Assembly: GCA_014728035.1 (NCBI GenBank)
Contig: WJMJ01000102.1
Span: forward strand, 1-27,359
Length of the DNA stretch: 27,359 nt
Direction of reading: 5' to 3'
Source of the DNA: Promethearchaeota archaeon
GTDB lineage: Archaea > Asgardarchaeota > Thorarchaeia > Thorarchaeales > Thorarchaeaceae
In this document: positions 27,222-27,359 of the stretch, one piece after another
Layout: each line of letters opens with the position of its first letter
Numbering within the stretch: the first letter of the stretch is position 1
Translations under genes and position numbers: made by a program
Notes under the pieces: model-generated
Told to the model about the DNA's origin: nothing
The model's database searches: none
What the model saw: only the letters and a program-made list of their open reading frames with translations

Positions 27222-27359
27222 ACCGTTCATTTTTAGTTGGACAAACTTAGACACCCGAGCTTTGTCCGTCCAGAAACGGTACTGGAACTGGCTCGGTCCT
27301 GGTCAGGGATCCTGTGTCTGTAGACCAAATCTCTATTCCAGATCACTCCATATAAACTC
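27222..27359 (+). repeat. Copy 2 of the conserved structured intergenic element (runs off window end)
   Basis: Ungapped 106/138 match to the reverse complement of 12058-12195. Core 27255-27309. Confidence 0.9.

Noticed and set aside
12058-27359. Inverted copies as terminal inverted repeats of a composite transposon
   Set aside because: Only ~77% identical, no transposase or integrase between them, the cargo looks chromosomal (tes, kinase), and target-site duplications cannot be assessed. Not fully excluded.
1-27359. Genome-wide stop-codon reassignment to explain the interrupted ORFs
   Set aside because: TAA, TAG and TGA all terminate clearly full-length genes in this window, and the three interruptions are of different kinds.

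Overview
An AT-rich archaeal window, most likely from an Asgard archaeon (Thorarchaeia/Lokiarchaeia-like). This is inferred from a 7TM protein with a longin-like C-terminus, an LRR protein, a TM-zinc-ribbon remnant, a tetraether-lipid synthase (Tes) homologue and a CBS-HPF ribosome hibernation factor. It is a mosaic of short transcription units. Left to right: truncated CrtI-family desaturase, orphan N6-adenine methyltransferase, Hib-like factor, SCP2/FAD-oxidoreductase/CCG Fe-S operon, DUF362-ferredoxin operon, wHTH-regulated MDR/C_GCAxxG_C_C operon, PH-like membrane proteins, UbiE/MenG methyltransferase, hybrid sensor kinase, Tes, GyrI-like, DUF1028, SplB-like radical SAM and LRR genes. The most unusual signal is missing from the ORF track: a structured, apparently non-coding element of at least 138 nt present twice, ~15 kb apart and in opposite orientation (12058-12195 minus; 27222-window end plus). 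The copies align without gaps at 106/138 identity, with a 53/55 core, and each lies just downstream of a terminator-like hairpin. The first copy leads into a small orphan gene with a Cas2/ChrB-N-like N-terminus. Two interrupted zinc-ribbon genes (one frameshift, one internal TAA), which the ORF track misses or only partly captures, were also found. No rRNA, tRNA, CRISPR array, transposase or integrase was seen. All alignments and counts were done by eye.
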